From an uncultured Spirochaetota bacterium (GTDB lineage Bacteria; Spirochaetota; Spirochaetia; SZUA-6; Fen-1364), in NCBI GenBank assembly GCA_963845535.1, contig CAWJSK010000002.1, positions 124,160 to 188,159 on the forward strand: a DNA stretch of 64,000 bases, written 5' to 3'. Below, one piece after another: positions 62,166 to 64,000 of this stretch. A program made the translations under genes and the position numbers. The number at the start of each line of letters is the position of its first letter. Positions within the stretch are counted from its first letter, which is position 1. Below the pieces are notes generated by a model that was not told the DNA's origin, ran no database searches, and saw only the letters and a list, made by a program, of their open reading frames with translations.

Positions 62166-63372
62166 ATGGAAGAAATAAGAATGAACGAAATCGAATTGGG
62201 AAACTCAGTCAGCGGAAGGGTTGCTGCACTTCACTCACAGGAAGTCTTCTATGCCATGTTGCGGCATGAGAGGGCCCGAGCAAACAGGGACGGAAGTGAG
62301 TTCTCCCTGGCCGTTTTCAACCTTTCCGACACGCGCGCAAAGAGCCAGAAGATGAAGCATATCGTTGGCCGTATCCGGCACAAGATGCGGTCGATTGACG
62401 AGATTGGACTACTTGACGGACAAAACATCGGCGTTCTTCTTCCTGCGACAAATCTCAAGGGGGGGCAGAAATTTGCAGCCCGCGTATCCGAGTCCGTCAG
62501 TGCCGCTCGGGGTTCCATTCCTTCAGCGGTCTACACATATCCCGCCCATTGGCTCTCGGGAGGAAACGGCGGTTCAAAACCCGATTGTCTTGCTTCCTCT
62601 GCTCTGCTCGACCGCGCTTTCTGCCTCAAGGTGCCTGCCTGGAAGCGAAGCATGGACGTCATTGGCTCGCTTGGGTTGATCGCATTCCTGTCACCCGTAT
62701 TCTTTCTTATCGCGGTTTTCATAAAGGTCGTCTCGCCAGGAAAAGTGCTCTTCCGTCAGCAGCGCGTCGGGTATCAAGGGAGACTCTTCACTTTTCTGAA
62801 GTTCCGGACGATGCGAGAGAATAACGACTCCTAGCGCGCATAAGAACCACTTGAAGAGTTGATCGGGGAGGCATGCCGATGGAGAAACTGGATGTCGGAG
62901 ATGATCCGCGGATCATCCCAGGCGGAAAAGATTCTCCGGAAAGCGTGCATGGATGAGCTGCCTCAGCTATTCAATGTCCTTCGTGGGGAGATGAGCCTGG
63001 TCGGGCCGCGACCATGCATCCCGTACGAGGCTGAGGAGTTCAGAGCTGGCATACTCATCGTTTCGATATACTCCCGGGTATGACGGGGCTCTGGCAGGTC
63101 AGCGGAAAAAACAAGCTCAGTTTCGCGCAGATGATCCGTTTCGATATCGCATATGCATGAAAACGATGTCTCCCCTCCTCGATATGAAAATACTTGCTCT
63201 CACACTGCCGACCATTGTTGGACTCGTTTTCGAGGCGGGCGTGAGGAAATTGGGAATAGAAAAGTCTCACTCCAATAATGAGCTCTTTCTACGAAGGCAG
63301 CGAGAAAGGAACGGTCGGCAATGCATAGAATGGCGGTTGTGGGTTGCGGCTACTGGGGGCCGAACCTGGTGA
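62166..63372 (+). CDS. Degenerate GGDEF domain fused to a priming sugar transferase (PGT); several frameshifts, end approximate
   Basis: [69 protein letters not shown]. Confidence 0.85.
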
Positions 63373-64000
63373 GAAACTTCCGTTCCCTCCCCGGGGTCAA
63401 GGTTGAGGTGATTTGCGACAAGAACCAGGAAAGGCTCGATCACGTGGCGCAACTTTACCCCGAGGTGGAAAAAACGACTGAGTTTTCGCAGATCACCAGC
63501 AACCGCTCCCTCGATATGGTGGCAGTCGCTACTACCGTAAGCACGCATCATCGCTCTTGCGCGTGCGAGCCTGGAATCGGGCAAGCATACCTTCGTGGAA
63601 AAGCCGCTTGCGGCCTCCGTGACTGAATGCCAAGACCTGGTCAGCATCTCGCGGAGAAAATCGCTCGCTAACACTCATGGTCGGACACACATTCCTATAT
63701 ACTCCGACTGTCAGAAAGATCAAGGAAATAGTCGACTCCGGGGAGATTGGGGAGCTCATGTACATCAACTGTCGGCGCCTCAATCTCGGCCTTTTTCAGA
63801 AGGACATCAACGTGGCCTGGGACCTTGCTCCCCATGACATATCGATCGTTCTTTTCATTATGGACACGGATCCGATATCGGTGAACTGTCAAGGGAAGGC
63901 TCACTTGTAACCTGGCTTTGAGGACATCACAAATATCAGCCTATTTTCCCGAATGGGGGATTTGCAACAATCCAGTCCAGTTGGATCGATCCTCGAAAAG
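63321..64000 (+). CDS. Gfo/Idh/MocA oxidoreductase; frameshifted and running off the window
   Basis: [35 protein letters not shown]. Confidence 0.85.

Overview
GC-rich bacterial chromosome segment, probably from a spirochaete (inferred from a Treponema-like HtpG N-terminus and a Borrelia P13-like protein). About ten genes carry indels that look like long-read errors rather than decay. In order: two M48 peptidases with DUF4389/DUF4870 membrane proteins and a full-length Lhr helicase; an OmpR regulator, tandem-PDZ protein and HAMP kinase module; an Omp85-like zinc-peptidase/propeller protein; folA, thyA, hisG, hisI, ackA; a GT9; a 35-aa Lys-rich microprotein missing from the ORF track; an atypical F-type ATP synthase operon; an AAA+/VWA pair; an adenylate cyclase; htpG; a kinase with a REC-PAS-PP2C partner; two envelope proteins; a YbiW-like glycyl-radical locus (activase, GRE, ROK kinase, DeoR) facing a convergent epimerase-reductase-oxidoreductase operon with a shared promoter motif; MFS, M15 peptidase, phosphoesterase; and a lower-GC polysaccharide island. 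The two best candidates for undescribed systems are the GRE sugar locus and a three-gene c-di-GMP receptor cassette (VpsT-like LuxR, PilZ, degenerate-GGDEF/priming transferase fusion). No rRNA, tRNA, CRISPR array or transposase was seen. All family assignments are from motif recognition, not database searches.
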